Source: Orbicella franksi
Taxonomy: Eukaryota
NCBI GenBank assembly: GCA_964199315.1
Contig: OZ116699.1
Coordinates: 30,504,001-30,568,000 of the forward strand
DNA length: 64,000 nt
Reading direction: 5' to 3'
Under the pieces are notes generated by a model, which saw only the letters and a list, made by a program, of their open reading frames with translations, was not told the DNA's origin and made no database searches. Shown here in pieces: positions 1 to 13,400 of this stretch. Numbering within the stretch: the first letter of the stretch is position 1; each line of letters opens with the position of its first letter. The translations under genes and the position numbers were made by a program.

Positions 1-3000
1 AAAATGCAAAATCACAGCTAGGGAGGGAAGTCACTGTTTCAGTTTTAAAAGTGAATACATGTCAAATATCTTTGGATCTTTGCCGTAGATATTTGTTTTC
101 CCCAGTGATGCTTCTTCATTTATTAGCTCTTGTGTACTGTCGCAATCGTCAGGAATCCAGTGTGTTGCCATGCGCTGAAAGTTGAAAGATGGCACCGGGA
201 ATGTATACTTGGCCGTAAATTCTCCTTTCGTGCTGACCTTTCCCCTTTTCTTGCCTTTTCTAAGACCAAAATTGCTTAATGTGCTCAGCTTATTGCACCA
301 GGTAAGGTGTTGATTTTGTTTGCGTTCATCTACTGAATCAGTCAGAGACAGAGATTATTTTTACTGTTGCAACTTTGATTATTTTGCAAGCACAGTAGCT
401 CACTGTGGGGTCTACGTACGGAAACTCTGCGGATTGTAATCAGAGGGGCAATTTACAGTTCTTAATTTGTCACTAGTCGATTTCGAAGTGAATTCTCTCT
501 CTGTCACTGTTACTATGTTTATTCTTTTTCAGTAATTGTTGTTATTATTAGAATTTATTATTCTTTCGTTCATTTTTGTTATTATCTGCCTTTTTAAGCC
601 AAGAAAGGCTTTATAATAACATACCCGATCTCCATTTTCGTTGTAAAAGGGCGCCAGTAACTTTTGCCAAAGTACCGTTGTTGTAATTCCGTAGCCATGT
701 TTCCGTTAGAAATCAGAGGAGGTTGGACACGCGCCGAACTGAATTAAATACAGTTCACTTTTGTTAATTTGATTTCTGTCTTCATCTCCTCTAGCTCCCC
801 TAAGGATGAGTTTCCTAATCCTATTTATTACCTTTTCCACAGGAGACTATGATCTAGTCTCTTGCTCTCTATTACTGTAGGTTTGGAAAACTACTAACAA
901 ACTAAAAGGCGAAATGGCAACGTTAGAAGAGGCTACTTAAAGCTCAGCAGGTCAAAGTACTTCCTTTGTTATAACGTTTCCCTGAAGCTTAAGGCAGGCA
1001 CGTGGTCCGGATGTCCGGGATGTCCTTTTCTCGCTACATTTCAGTGAACTCTGCTATTCCGAGAGCGTGGGTTCCAGATAGTCGATAGCAAGTGACTGAA
1101 AGGCAAAAAAACAATAGCGAAAAAAGTATTATAGACAAATGTATGGATATTAAAAACGCTATTGAGCGCTTTCTAGCACAACTACATATCCCTGAGACTT
1201 GGTCTACGCAGTCCTTTGTCTATTACCATTTAACTTTCCTATTCATAAATTGTTGAGGATTCAATGTTTTATAAAATTATTTGCCATGGGATTCCCACAC
1301 CGTAATTTCTGACGCGTGTTGTCTTCCTATCACGATCGCTTCCAAAACGGTGGTAAGGTCTTTAGTACGCGGATCCGCTGTATAATTTGGAGGCGTACTG
1401 AGAGAAGACTGTTCACTCTGATAACAGATTGTATGTAACAAAGTGTTCTAACAACGGAAAGCTCATTGGCATTCAGTTTACCTGGCTAAAGCAAACATTC
1501 TCGAGGTGATTTTACCATTCGCTCCGCTGTCATACTTGGTATGTTATGCATAGAAAACGTGGCGCAATTAGGAACGTAAAAATCATGTGAGGCGTGAAAG
1601 ACGAAATGAAGGTGATGTCTTTCAGTGTATTCTCTCGTGTTTGGCTTGGGGCTTTGCTGAAACACTCATGTAAACAGACGCTAGCAGGCTTCTATATCAG
1701 TCGTCTGTACGTCTGTTGCTGCTTACTGAAAGGCTAAATTCCGACCACTAAGGTGGCAGAAAAATGGCAAGAGACAAAACAAAAAGCGCAGCACAAAGGC
1801 AATTTAATAAAACACAATATTACATGCAACCGGTGGCGAGGGTGGGAAGGATCCGGAGATTACGAGCGTTTGCATCTGATTGGCTAATTAGATAACATCT
1901 GATTTTACTTGTTTTACTACCAGTTGAATGTATGGCTGGCAGTAAACATGTTTGGCCTGTTCGTTCCGTGGAAATAAGTCAAAAATAGAAGACAAAAGCA
2001 ATGTAAATGGACGTCTCCAACGTTGACCACTCCAACGTTGAAATCCGGTACTTTTGGATTAACCCTAAGAGAAATGTCCTCCGTCACAAACTGAATATTT
2101 TAGCTTTTGTTTTTCTTTGCTAGTCCTCAGTTTATGAAACTACTCCATTCAGCAACCGAGGAGGAGCTGAGTAAATCTGTGACGAGACTTTGTAGAGCTT
2201 TACTTGTACAGCCATTTTACAGCGGGTAAATTTTACTTATTCCATTGTCCCGTATGGGAATTTCAATCTTGCATCACAATCAATAGAGCCGCTCGTGCCA
2301 GCTGGCGCACTGGGCCAGTTTCAACACAGTTTGAACTTAAATAATCACACCTTACATAGCTTTGTCAAGGCAAACGAAAACACGGTTTTCAGTTTCCACA
2401 AAACCAGTGTCTTTTGGCCTGACTTTTATTTCAGATTTTGTTCTTAACAATGATCCGCTGATTTTGTCGGCATCTCACTGTTCAGGATGGCTCAGCGACC
2501 CACAGGTGGTACACATCAATTTTCTTCGATTTGTTCCTCTACCATCCTCTTTAAACCATGTTTTATTAATACGATTGAAACTGTGTAAGAACCAGAAAGA
2601 ACATCCAATAAAGTTGTCTGTCAATACTGCTTATGCTGAGATGCAGTTCTGGCGTTTTGGCATTTTCTTTCTGATTTGTGACAAATTAAGACGCATGCTT
2701 GGCTAGCCGACGACAACAATCGGTAAACAAAGCAAAATAAACAATTAGCTACTAAGAACACATAATTAAGCCTGCACGTGTCTTTATTGTTATGCTTTAT
2801 TTTATTTTCTAAATTGATTTTTCAAGATCGTCATTAAAGTTTAAATTCCCTAAACTGATCTCAGATTATTTTTCTCTAATCGCCGGACGGAAAGTAGCGC
2901 ACGCAAAACTGCGCGACGTTGTCACGAGCCAAAGGGCTGGTAACTTGGTACGTTAAACTAACAACTAATAAACACGCTTAGCCCATTTGAATAACAAAGC

Positions 3001-4165
3001 TTAAAGTTACCCTCTCTAAGGTGCAATTATTCAAAAAGTTACTGTGTTATTACTTGAAAGGAAAGCAAGCACACCTGGAAACCACTTAAAACACGAACTA
3101 AACATGTTAAGAGTCCACACCACCCTTTCATGGGGCGTTTTTAGCTGGTCCTCCACTCTTTAGGACTATAGAGAAGTTTTTTTTTGTTACAATCAGACGA
3201 CATTCTAATAAACTAAGGTGGTATTTTAAGATTCTTCCCTGAACAAACAGCACATACAGAGTATTTTCATAAAAGACAACCTGTGTACCTGGCGACAAGG
3301 GATTTAAGCAAATGAAACTTTGCTAAAGAGACGTTTAATTTCCTCTAACGTACACAATACATATCATTAGTCGACCTTCAATTGCAAAGTGCCATTCAAC
3401 CACGCGGACGATACCGTAAACAAGACTTTATTCGTTGAATGGGCTTCCATTCTCATTATAAATTGTGCGGCGTTTGATTGCTTGTTCTTGGTCATGATAC
3501 TGATTTAAGCCCAGCCTTACTGTGAGACCCGTGCAATTGTTTTCTTTAAACCCCCACGCCACGTGCGCTTAGTTTAAAACAAAGAAAGTTCATGATGAAA
3601 AGTTTACAATGAAATAAAGCAATTTATTTGATAAAACAAACAAATAGTCGCTTTAATTTACGCCAGGGCAAGCCATTATTGGCTTTAGAGCTACTGGAAG
3701 TGAATACTTTTGAGCAAAAAGATGAGTACTTCAAAGCTCAACTTGAGCGACTTTTCCTGTAGTTCTCGTGGTTCGTCAAGACTGTGAGAGGGTTGTGACG
3801 CTGTTGCGAAGCGTGGCAACGCAGTGTAACACTATTCAAATGTTAATACACACGTGTCCTTATGATTAACAACATCTGCGCTCTTTAACTGTAAATTTAC
3901 ATCTTTGCACGTTTATCATAGTTGAGGAAATGACTCAAAGCATAGAGGTGTTAAAATTGAGCCCTCAATAAAACAACGACCAAACTTGCTTTATCGACGA
4001 AACTGTGGGCATATCAAGACCTACTTAAGAATATAAGTTAAAGACCGCTGCGAAAATGAAATACGGCCATTTTCGAAAATAATATAAACTGAAAGAATTT
4101 ATTTTCTCCTGTCCTCTTTTTCATCTGAGAAGAGGACAACGAAAACAAAGGAAGTTGTTCGCAAG

Positions 4166-4302
4166 GTAATTTAAATATCTTTTGTTTCTTGTGAAAGAAG
4201 TTCTCGCGCCAAAACTGCAGGACGTTAAGTTGTTACTATAGAGATGAGCTCTCGGCCAATGAGGTGACTGTTTGTAATTTTACTCACGGCTATTTATTGC
4301 AG
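4166..4302 (+). other. Probable 5' UTR intron of the CDK inhibitor gene
   Basis: Donor aag|GTAATT at 4166 and acceptor tatttattgcAG at 4302, 67 nt upstream of the ATG. Based on splice motifs only. Confidence 0.35.
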
Positions 4303-4369
4303 TTACGTATTTTATACGACGTGAGAGTCTTCAAAGCTGGTGCTAGTATAGTAGTTTCCACCATCAGAA

Positions 4370-5328
4370 ATGACTGCAACTCAAGTACGTGTTCCCCCAT
4401 CTTGTCCTCGGAGAGTGAGGCCGAACATTATTCCAAGTCGTTCAGTCTGCAGACAGCTGTTTGGACCGGTGAATCACGAGCAAATGAAGGCAGATTTGCT
4501 TCGCGAGAAGAGGAAGATGAGCGAGGAAAACGCTCAGACGTGGAACTTCGACTTCGAGAATGGAGTTCCTTTGGTTGGAAGATACGTTTGGGAAAGAATT
4601 TGCTCCACCTTGACGACTGAAAAGCCAGGTTCTAGTTTGCCTGACAGTGTCAATGAGACAGGAACGAATGAACGCTTGGGTTGTTTCAGTCTTCCTTCTA
4701 CGGAACTTATTACTACAGCTACTACGACGACAAGTTCTGGCGCGACCAAGTGTCCAGTATCGAATGACTCGTGTACTAATCAGGCGGAAAACGACTTAGT
4801 AGAAACAAAAAAACGCTTTAGACACATCAGGAAGACAAGATCTACGGGAAAAATCACGGGTAAGTCAAAAGATTGTTTTTGTTTTCACCATTTACATCTT
4901 TATTGTAACGCTCTTCCTAAAGCGTCGTTTTGCTCTTTTCGCAGGCACGATATAAATATCGTGTTATTCGATTCATGAGATAGTTCGTGTTTCAACAGCG
5001 CGTAACATTTGCTTGCAATTTACTCTTCGCTATTCGGCCAATATTTTGCCCTCTGAAATGTCGCTCGTGCAAGATTAATCTATGTAGGCGAGGTTATTAG
5101 ATGTAGTAACGATAATAGCTTTTTTGTCAACCGGGTCAAATACAATGAAATGAGAGCGAAATCCATGTCATCGATTTGCATTGGTTCTCACTAATCCTTT
5201 GTAATCTCTTCTCTCCAGATCTGCTACGATCGACGAAACAAAGAAAGTGTGAGAAGAGATCGCGTCCAACCAGAAGAGATTCAAAACCGAAACAAACAAG
5301 TATGGACTTGTTCGTCCGCAAACATTAG
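4370..5328 (+). CDS. CDKN1B: Cip/Kip family cyclin-dependent kinase inhibitor (p27/p21-like), 2 coding exons, 199 aa
   Basis: Exons 4370-4859 and 5219-5328, GT-AG intron in phase 1. The N-terminal VCRQLFGPVNHE...WNFDFENGVPLVGRYVWE matches the Cip/Kip inhibitory domain, including the RxLFG cyclin-binding motif. The basic C-terminus ends QTSMDLFVRKH*. Exact paralog (1A/1B/1C) cannot be assigned from sequence alone. Confidence 0.9.
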
Positions 5329-7024
5329 CTTCAACTTTTCAAAAAGGTCAGTGTTTTTGAAAGCCCCTAGCAATTAACTTACTATCGGGTCAATGTCTCG
5401 ATAAGAATTTACTACGCGCGGAACACTTTCCGTGACGAAACTAGAAACAACTAGTCTCGTTGGGCAGTGTTTTCACTGCACTCGCGTTTGGATTATTCCC
5501 CAAGGACGTCTGTTGACGTGCTATGAAGAACAATTTGTTCCCGAGCTACAGTTTGTTTGTCTTCCGTCAAACAAAACCATCGGATTAGCGATCACCAACC
5601 TCGCTGCAGAATAACTGTTTACCTAACGAATTCAACTTAGTTGGAAGGCGCGTGCCAGTAGGTATACGGTAATAATTGTTGAACTCGATTCGTGCAGTTA
5701 TACGCCAAACAATTTCTATTGATTCAAGTACACTTGAAACCTTATACGTCAAATTGATATTGGAGCATGAACATTGTTGCAGAAAGTATTCATACCCACC
5801 TCATGGATGGGGGGTGTGGGGGGGGGGGGGGAGGTGGGTGGTTACAAACTAAAATACTCTTTGGGAAGGGAGGAGTAAAGAAATTTTTTGGAACAGCACA
5901 TTGCCAGAGTGTACTCTATGAAAAGGAACTGAAACCAGTCCAAACAATTCTGGGCATTAACATGTAAGCCCTATGAAAACCTGTGATTAAAGCAGGGGAT
6001 TTATTTCACTGATATTTCAAGATGATTTTCCTGTGATTCTTGTGGTCAGCATTGCTTCCAAGAACGTAGAAACTTCAAATTAGTTAACTTTTTTGAATTA
6101 CATCATCAGGGAATTCAACAATGGCTCCGATATAATCTTAAAAATATGTGTTATGTTTATTTATGGGTTGATGGTAATAGATTTTTAATTTACCTTTTAT
6201 AGATCCTTGGAATTATCACACAGTCAGAGTAACTGGTCCTGTTGTGGACTCAACGGAATGGAGATTATTTGTTGTACATAATATTCAAAAGTTTCAAGTC
6301 TGGAAATAACATGTAAATAAATACTGAAGATATTCAAGAATACACAAAATTATGTAATATAGCTAGCAAATGAAAAGAAAACTATTGCTAAAATACAACT
6401 GTCAAAAAACACAGTTTCAACTTTTGGAGCAAAGACATTTTATAATTATTGTCATTAAAAAGATACACAACACAAACTAGCCAATAAAGTTGGTTTAAGT
6501 GTACACTGTACCTTAGTCAATTGATCACAAGTTCTGTTCAAAATCGGCTACTTTCTCAGGTATCATTGATACACACACAGATAGTGATGTGTTAGATTTT
6601 TAGAGGCATTTACAGTTATGTTTAATAGTTTTGTTAGATAAGATTGAGTAAGTTCAGCCCAACAACTCAAGACTTACTTGAAAATAGATCATCTTCAAGG
6701 TTGCATTGGTAATTCACCTCTGTTATATGTAATTAAAAGAAAACACTTAAGTTCTAATAGTATTTTGGCTCCTCTTTGTATGTTAATTTTGTATAATTCT
6801 TAAAAAAAAGCAAAGTCACTCTGAAAGGAAGTTCACCTTTTAAACCTTTTCAGTGCAAAATATTTTAAAGAAAACAGGGGGTTGAATATAAGAAAGCAAG
6901 TTCTAATTTTTTGCAGGGGCGATTGAACTTCTAAGGCTGACTCTTGCCCTAATGAAGGTGTCCTCTGAGTCGAGTCTTGTGCTGAGCCAAGTGTGAAAAC
7001 AGTACTTTTACATGCCCCATGCAA

Positions 7025-7157
7025 TGTGCACTTCCAGAAAATATCCATATCCCCCCCCCCCCCCCCACAGAAGGGATTGGAATTTCCTGGGGGGTAGGAA
7101 GGTGTTAGAAAAAATCCCTTCTGTGGGGGAGGTATGGATATTTTCTGGAACTACACA
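7025..7157. mobile_element. MITE with TGTG(T/C)A(G/C)TTCCAGAAAATATCCATA terminal inverted repeats
   Basis: TIRs at both ends with poly-C inside. Related copies at about 5773-5902, 19466-19600, 51918-52108 and 55273-55409. Confidence 0.75.
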
Positions 7158-7514
7158 ATTCGCAGGTGTACAAGTATGAGAATTGGGGATAATGACTCTG
7201 CATCCAAGTCCCCTGCAGTCGGCATTGTCTGCATTGGATTTGTGCAAGACCCAAAATAAAATAAAAAAAATGTAGCAGTGCTCAACGATATGGCCGTTTC
7301 CATTGTACCCCTTTACCTTGGCACATGTGGGGTTCAATTAAGAACCTTCTTTGTAACCAAATTCTCATAGTTAAATTTGGGTTTTTGATAAGAGCCCTTT
7401 TAAAATTCAAGACTGAAAGTGACAGAACAAAGTGAAATTAAGTTAGGTTTAAGAATATGCATTTATGTACAACTGAAGGCTTGTTGTAGTGTGCATGAGG
7501 ACTTTAGAGGCCAG

Positions 7515-7741
7515 GGACCCATTTCTTGAAAGCCCCAGAAACTTTTTGGGCCCGGAAAGCCATAGCAAAATCTTGAACCTTACGATTACAGAGCTGTTTT
7601 ATTCACATATTCTCAATATGAACAGAGGTTCCCTTCATACAAGAAGTTTCAGGCGTATGCACTTCTCCATTTTAGATACAGATGAACTAAACATGGCTTA
7701 ACGGGCCCGAAAAGTTTCCGGGGCTTTTGAGAAACAGGCCC
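7515..7741. mobile_element. PIF/Harbinger-like MITE
   Basis: Imperfect TIR GG(A/G)CC(C/T)(A/G)TTTCT..AAAGCCCC flanked by a 3-bp CAG duplication (7512-7514 and 7742-7744). Confidence 0.7.
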
Positions 7742-7896
7742 CAGGTGCGAAAAAATGTAAGAAAAATTATGAGTTTGGCTCAAAGGTAAATTAAAGCATG
7801 TACTTGCACTCATCAGGTATTGAGGATGAGGATGGTGTTTCTACCCCTTCCTGCACCAATTCAAATTACTTTATCTCCTGTGGGGATCTTCTGATG

Positions 7897-8450
7897 GGGT
7901 TTCTGGAAGACCCAAATAGCGAATAGCAAATAGTGCCGAATAGTGAATAGTATGAATAGTGGCGGATAGTCGCAAATAGTGGCAAATAGGGGGGGGGGGG
8001 GGGTGAGGGAAATAGTGACCAATGACAAAATTTGGTACCCAGCCAGTACCTCGCAGTCAACCTCGCAGTGTAGATGCTCATCAGGACAAGGTGTTTCTAA
8101 ACGTAATTTCTGTTTTCGCCGCTGTTAAAGCGTAAATACGTCTTTATTAGGTTATCCTTGTGTTTTCTTAATGTCGGCAATGGACAGCCCTGACCTGAGT
8201 CCTGAGAAGATAAGGTAATAAATTTACTGAAATTCTGTCGCTTAATATTTGGATAATTAATGCAAGATTCTTCTTAAAATCTCCAGAAAATCTCTTCAGC
8301 ATCTAAAAATCTAGCTAGCCCTAGTCGAATCTTGCTCCATGTGATCAATTTCAAAAAATCCAGATCAGTGCTGGACTAAAGCGGTGACTATCAACGACTA
8401 TTTGTCACTATTTGCAACTGTTCGCCACTATTCAGGTTTTCCAGACACCC
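7897..8450. mobile_element. Non-autonomous DNA transposon with GGGT TIRs and subterminal AATAG arrays
   Basis: Left GGGTTTCTGGAAGACCCAAATAG versus reverse complement of the right end GGGTGTCTGGAAAACCTGAATAG. Repeated AATAG / CTATT units at both ends. No clear TSD. Confidence 0.65.
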
Positions 8451-10476
8451 GCGTGGATGTGTATTGATTGTAACATAGCTTACTTTGATTCCAGAGGCAG
8501 CCACTACACCACAGACCTGGGTTGTTTTGAAAGGCCAATGATATCCAATGGATAAATCACTATCCAGCAGACTGATAGGGAGGTTTGTTTTGTCAACACT
8601 TATCCACAAATATTGATTTATCCAGTGGATAGCAGTATTCCAACCTTTGGACAACTGGGGCCTGTGGGGATTTTTTTAAGGCTTCTATAGCCTGTGGGAA
8701 TCGAGTTACATTATGTCATAAAAATTGTCTCAAATAATGACCAACAGGGTAATTAATTTTTTACTAATGGCATTGTAAATGACAGTGTCAGCTATCATTC
8801 TTTAATCACCTGCTTCTTCGTAAGTGGGAAAAAGAGGTCTAGAGGGTGCACTGTGCTTGTATTGCTTCTGAGGCCAATACTTTTCATGCCAGAAAATGTT
8901 TGATAATCAGCTGATCGAGCGAGAAAGCCCTTAATTACAAAGCATCCTTACAACAAGATGAGATAAAGTGAATCAGAGATACATACAGTTAACCTAGAAC
9001 TTTGTCTATTCAACCCAACAAAAAACTTACAAAACCTTTATAGTATCCTTACAGTGTCTATTAAAAGCTGGTTAAAATTATAATTTCCACCTTTACTGAC
9101 ATTTAGCTGGACATAGTTTTCCAGTGTGAACAAATTAAAGCAATTATCTAAAAAGAAAAAAAAAATATTAGAGTCAGTCTCCCCTTCAAGGATCAAGCAT
9201 CACCTAATGCGCTTAGATATTAGGCCTGATCTCAGTCACAAGATTGACACTGCCCTACATCAAGTAAAGTTAACAAGATCTCAAACCCAAAGAAATCCAA
9301 GCGTTCAATCATAAATACCGGTAACCATGTGTAGTATTCGTTTTTGTGTGATGTGAGGGATAGAGTCTATGTTGAAGGCCCAACACAGGTCTGCCGGGAT
9401 GCAGGATTAAAAGTGAACATGAAGGTGGGATATGGGATGACAAGGCTTTTAATAGCAGGATGCAGAATAAAATTAGTTTGGCAGGAATGGGATTTGCTCA
9501 TGTTGACAGATCGGATTCCAAATAGTTGTAAAATTGACAGCAGTATGTACATGTCACATGTTCCAGATTGTGGAAACAATAGTGGTGGGATGTGGGATTT
9601 TAAACACCTATGTTGACCCTGATCTATGTTGTCTACACAGATGGACATCTTCACCAATGTTTAGTCATACGTAAGAACTTGGCCATTGGTAAACATTATT
9701 TGGAAGCCTGTGGAAATATTTCATCATAGGTTTCTATAGTTGAAGAAAACAGCAACAACAAAAACAAAAAGAAAAGAAAAAAAGAGAAAGAGAGAAATAT
9801 TACAAAACCAAAAAAACTTAAATTTGTGGATACACAGCACAGTCCCCAAGACTGTTGAACTGCTTGCCTCAAATTCAACAGGATATATGTAACTTTCCAT
9901 TTTGAAATGGAGTTTTGGACAGAGAGAAGGGGCAGATACTTGCAGGCATAAGTGTGGTGTTAAATTGTGTGTGTGTGTTTTTTTTCCTGGGAAAATCCCA
10001 AGAGTTTATGGGTTAATAATGTACTGTAAGACTGTTGACTGAATTAGCTGCCACCAAGTCACTAAACAATTTCTTCACTTAAGGGGCTCTCACTTATGGG
10101 CAAAAATGAGTCAATTTGACACACTATGATCACACATTTATTCCAAAGCATTACAAGATATTATGTATGTTACAAATGACAAAACTCTGTTGAAATCTTA
10201 CAAAAAAAAATTGTGTGATCTGACCGCATGATTCTCTACGAACAGAATTATTTAGTTTTCCAAGATGCACTGATCTATCTTTTGGACATGTCCTTTAAAA
10301 CAGTGAGGAATATTAAAAAAAAACTGAACATTAGTTGGACACCGTTACTGTCACTAACATATAATGGGACTTGATCTTCACAAGATTCATGTGAAATATT
10401 AATTAATAACTGTATTCAAATGTAGATTTATACAAATAAAGGCCGGTATGGTGTCTCCATCGAAAGTTCTTACAGA

Positions 10477-13400
10477 TCATTCATTTTCTTTGTCTTCCAA
10501 GAGGAACATTTGCTCTTTCAACTTTTCCTGTCGATCTGGTACATTATCTTGTTTCTCAGAAGATACAGCAACTGTCAAAAGGAAAGATGATAAAGCTGTG
10601 GTTTTTACTTTTGCAAGTTTAGCATTGAGGAGTCCAATGGCCTGCTGGTTACAACAAGTGGTCCCAAGAAAGGTTCAAGCACTGAACGGCAAACTATGTC
10701 ACTGTGTTGTATTGCTGGGATCAAACAGTACGTTTTTTTAATTTTGTTAATGCTTCATGACTATATTTATCTGCCTCATGTAATAAGATCAATGCCCAAG
10801 TTGAGTCACCCTGTTGAATACCCTGGCTATCTCGAAACTTCACTTTTACACTACCCAGCACTCTCTGCCTAATATAATTAAATATAGCACCAATCTGTTA
10901 GGAGAACTAACATACTGGTAAAGGTGGGGGTGGGACACCTGTGATGGACTTGCACCCAATCTGGGGGGGGGGGGGGGAGTAGTATAGATAGATAAACCAC
11001 TTAACCCTATAGAAACTGGGACACGCACTTCATGGTTATTATCTTTCTTCTGAAGGTTACTTCCCATCTTTGCAGGTGTCCACCAGGAAAAATTTGCATG
11101 CATGCTCATTTCAATAAAACCCTAACAAACTACTATATCAGGAAATGTAATGTAGTTAATGAAAAATTATATAATTTACTGAGTGGATTTTTCTTTTAGG
11201 ATTGTCAGGAGCCGGTAAGGCATGAAACTACCAAGGGTAATCTTCTCTTAAATTTATCAGGTATTGGTCATGCCACAGTGAGCAAAATGGCTGCATGCTT
11301 TTTTGATTCACAAGGCATCAAAATTCACCTGACAGTTTCGTCCACTTACAAGATTATGGCACCTTCCTGGTGTATTAATTTTATTTGAAAATTGCATTTT
11401 TCTAATATAAGTAACTCAGCTACTTTTTCAGATTTTTAAGACTATTTCTTTTATTAACATTAGATAAAATGACTGACTTCAATTTTGCGAAACAAACAAG
11501 AGAAAAAGGGTTTTTTTCCTTGCCCTTGAAGGTTGGAAGTGACCTTACCAGCCACAGATGCAGTGGCATGATAATTTATTATCGTACTAGACTCTGGGGA
11601 TGATAACTGCTTGCCAGGGGATATCCCCAGATATCCTGACCTCCAGTTTTTACTGCATCATGTGACGTGTTTAAGTCAAGAGCATGCAAGAAGAACTTTA
11701 TAGAAGTGGGTAAACTAAAACAATGAGAAAAGTAACAGATGTCTTACATGAATCTTTGTAACAGAGGAGTGCCTTAAAGATGTTTCTCAACTTTTCCAGA
11801 TTAGCACGACTGACTTTGTTGTGATCGACAATAGGTGCAGGATAATCTTGTCCTATGATACATCTTGCTGCTTTCTGTACACTCTCTGGTGCCGTCCAGG
11901 GAGCATGGATGTATTTTGCAGGAAATCCTTTCAGGACTGGCAAGTATTTCCTGAAAACAATTCACAAAATAGTGCCTTTTAGAACAGATTTTTTAAGGTG
12001 GCCTGCGATGCCCAAGTCTACCATGGGTTCCATCTTTGATTATTTCAATCCTGCTTTACATCCTGATGATGCAGATTGATGATGAAAGTTAAGTAAACTA
12101 GTTAGTGTTCAAAATAGTTCTTCAAGTGTGATTGTCTGGATGAGACCCAGACAAACACACCAATACCCAGTACAAAATAGTCTGGAAATTTAGAGTAAAA
12201 CACACTACACAGAAGAAACGCTGAGGTTAAAAGCAATTACTGTATACACCACAAACATGTATAAATGGAATAAATCAAATGCAAAATAATGATATTGTAA
12301 TTTGTCAAGAAGTCAATGTACTCTGTTTTGACAATTTGAGGCTAATATCCTTCAATAACTCAATAACAGCTTTTCTTTTCAATATATGTTTGTCTAAAGA
12401 ACAAAACAGACATTGTCTTTATAATTTGGTTTTAATAAATAATAGAAACTTCTGCCAATTGGATTCACAGTCAAAGCCACCTTAAATTATTTATGAAAAA
12501 GTAACATATATGTGAATTTTTCATAAATAATTCATGGTAGCTTTTCTCCACATGGACATAATTTTGAAAACTTATTAGTATGTCTGCTTTTATTTTAGAG
12601 AAAAATACATCAAAAAGAACAACTGTAATTGAGTAGTTTTAAAATTATTAGTCAAGAGTCAAAAAGGAACAAAAACTGAATACCTTTGACCTCTTTTGGA
12701 CACTGCAACTAATTTGGTAATTTGAAGGAAATGTTGATTGTTCATAGGTTAAACTTAGGAAAGTGAGTATGCATCAGCTTAAACTGATGGAATGTTAAAG
12801 ACAGGAAGACCTGTGCAGATTAGTATCATGGGCCAGTTGCTGTGATACATATTGGCAAAAGGTTATTGTTAGTATGTAGTGGTCAACCTGTATTTTATGA
12901 CAATAAATAGTCAGTGGAATTTGCTATGTTAGTGACACAATTTTTCCAAATTTTGGTACAACTTAAACTATGTCGCATGTTTACAAATTAAAGAGCACAT
13001 AAGGATATTTAGAACTCAGACAAAACCCTTTTGCTGAGGGTAAATACAAGTTGCCATATGAATTAGAGTTCCCGAGTTTTAAAATAACCCACAACCTAAA
13101 ACCACAAATAATTATTTGCAATAAACGAAAAACAGATAATCTGTTCTCTGAACAAAAACTGAATTGAGCAGCTGATTACATTCTTCGCAACACAAGGCAA
13201 TCAGAAAGGCAGACATACCTGTGGAATCCATTTCAAAAAATGACAACTTGTGAAAAATGCAAAAATCTGATCTGAAGGGTGATTCGTTCAAAACTGGACT
13301 GCCACCGTGGCAATCCTGCAAACTTTGGCGAAGTTAGCTTACACAAAGGTCTAATGATAATTTTAATTATTATTATATGCTAAAGTTTTACTACATAATG

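Noticed and set aside
1944-1962. p53-type half-site AAACATGTTT upstream of the CDK inhibitor
   Set aside because: No convincing adjacent second half-site; single half-sites are common by chance.
4264-4620. 118-aa ORF overlapping the CDK inhibitor in another frame
   Set aside because: Starts at GTG within a probable UTR intron, shadows a real exon and has no recognisable motif.
5809-5838. Long G/C runs as functional G-quadruplexes (also 7046, 7988, 10964, 26930, 34867)
   Set aside because: Nearly all lie at MITE or SINE internal homopolymers, and their lengths are unreliable in assemblies.
11200-11260. Plus-strand acceptor/donor pair suggesting an antisense exon in cry intron 7
   Set aside because: Splice-like motifs only, with no ORF or linked exons; such motifs are frequent in AT-rich DNA.
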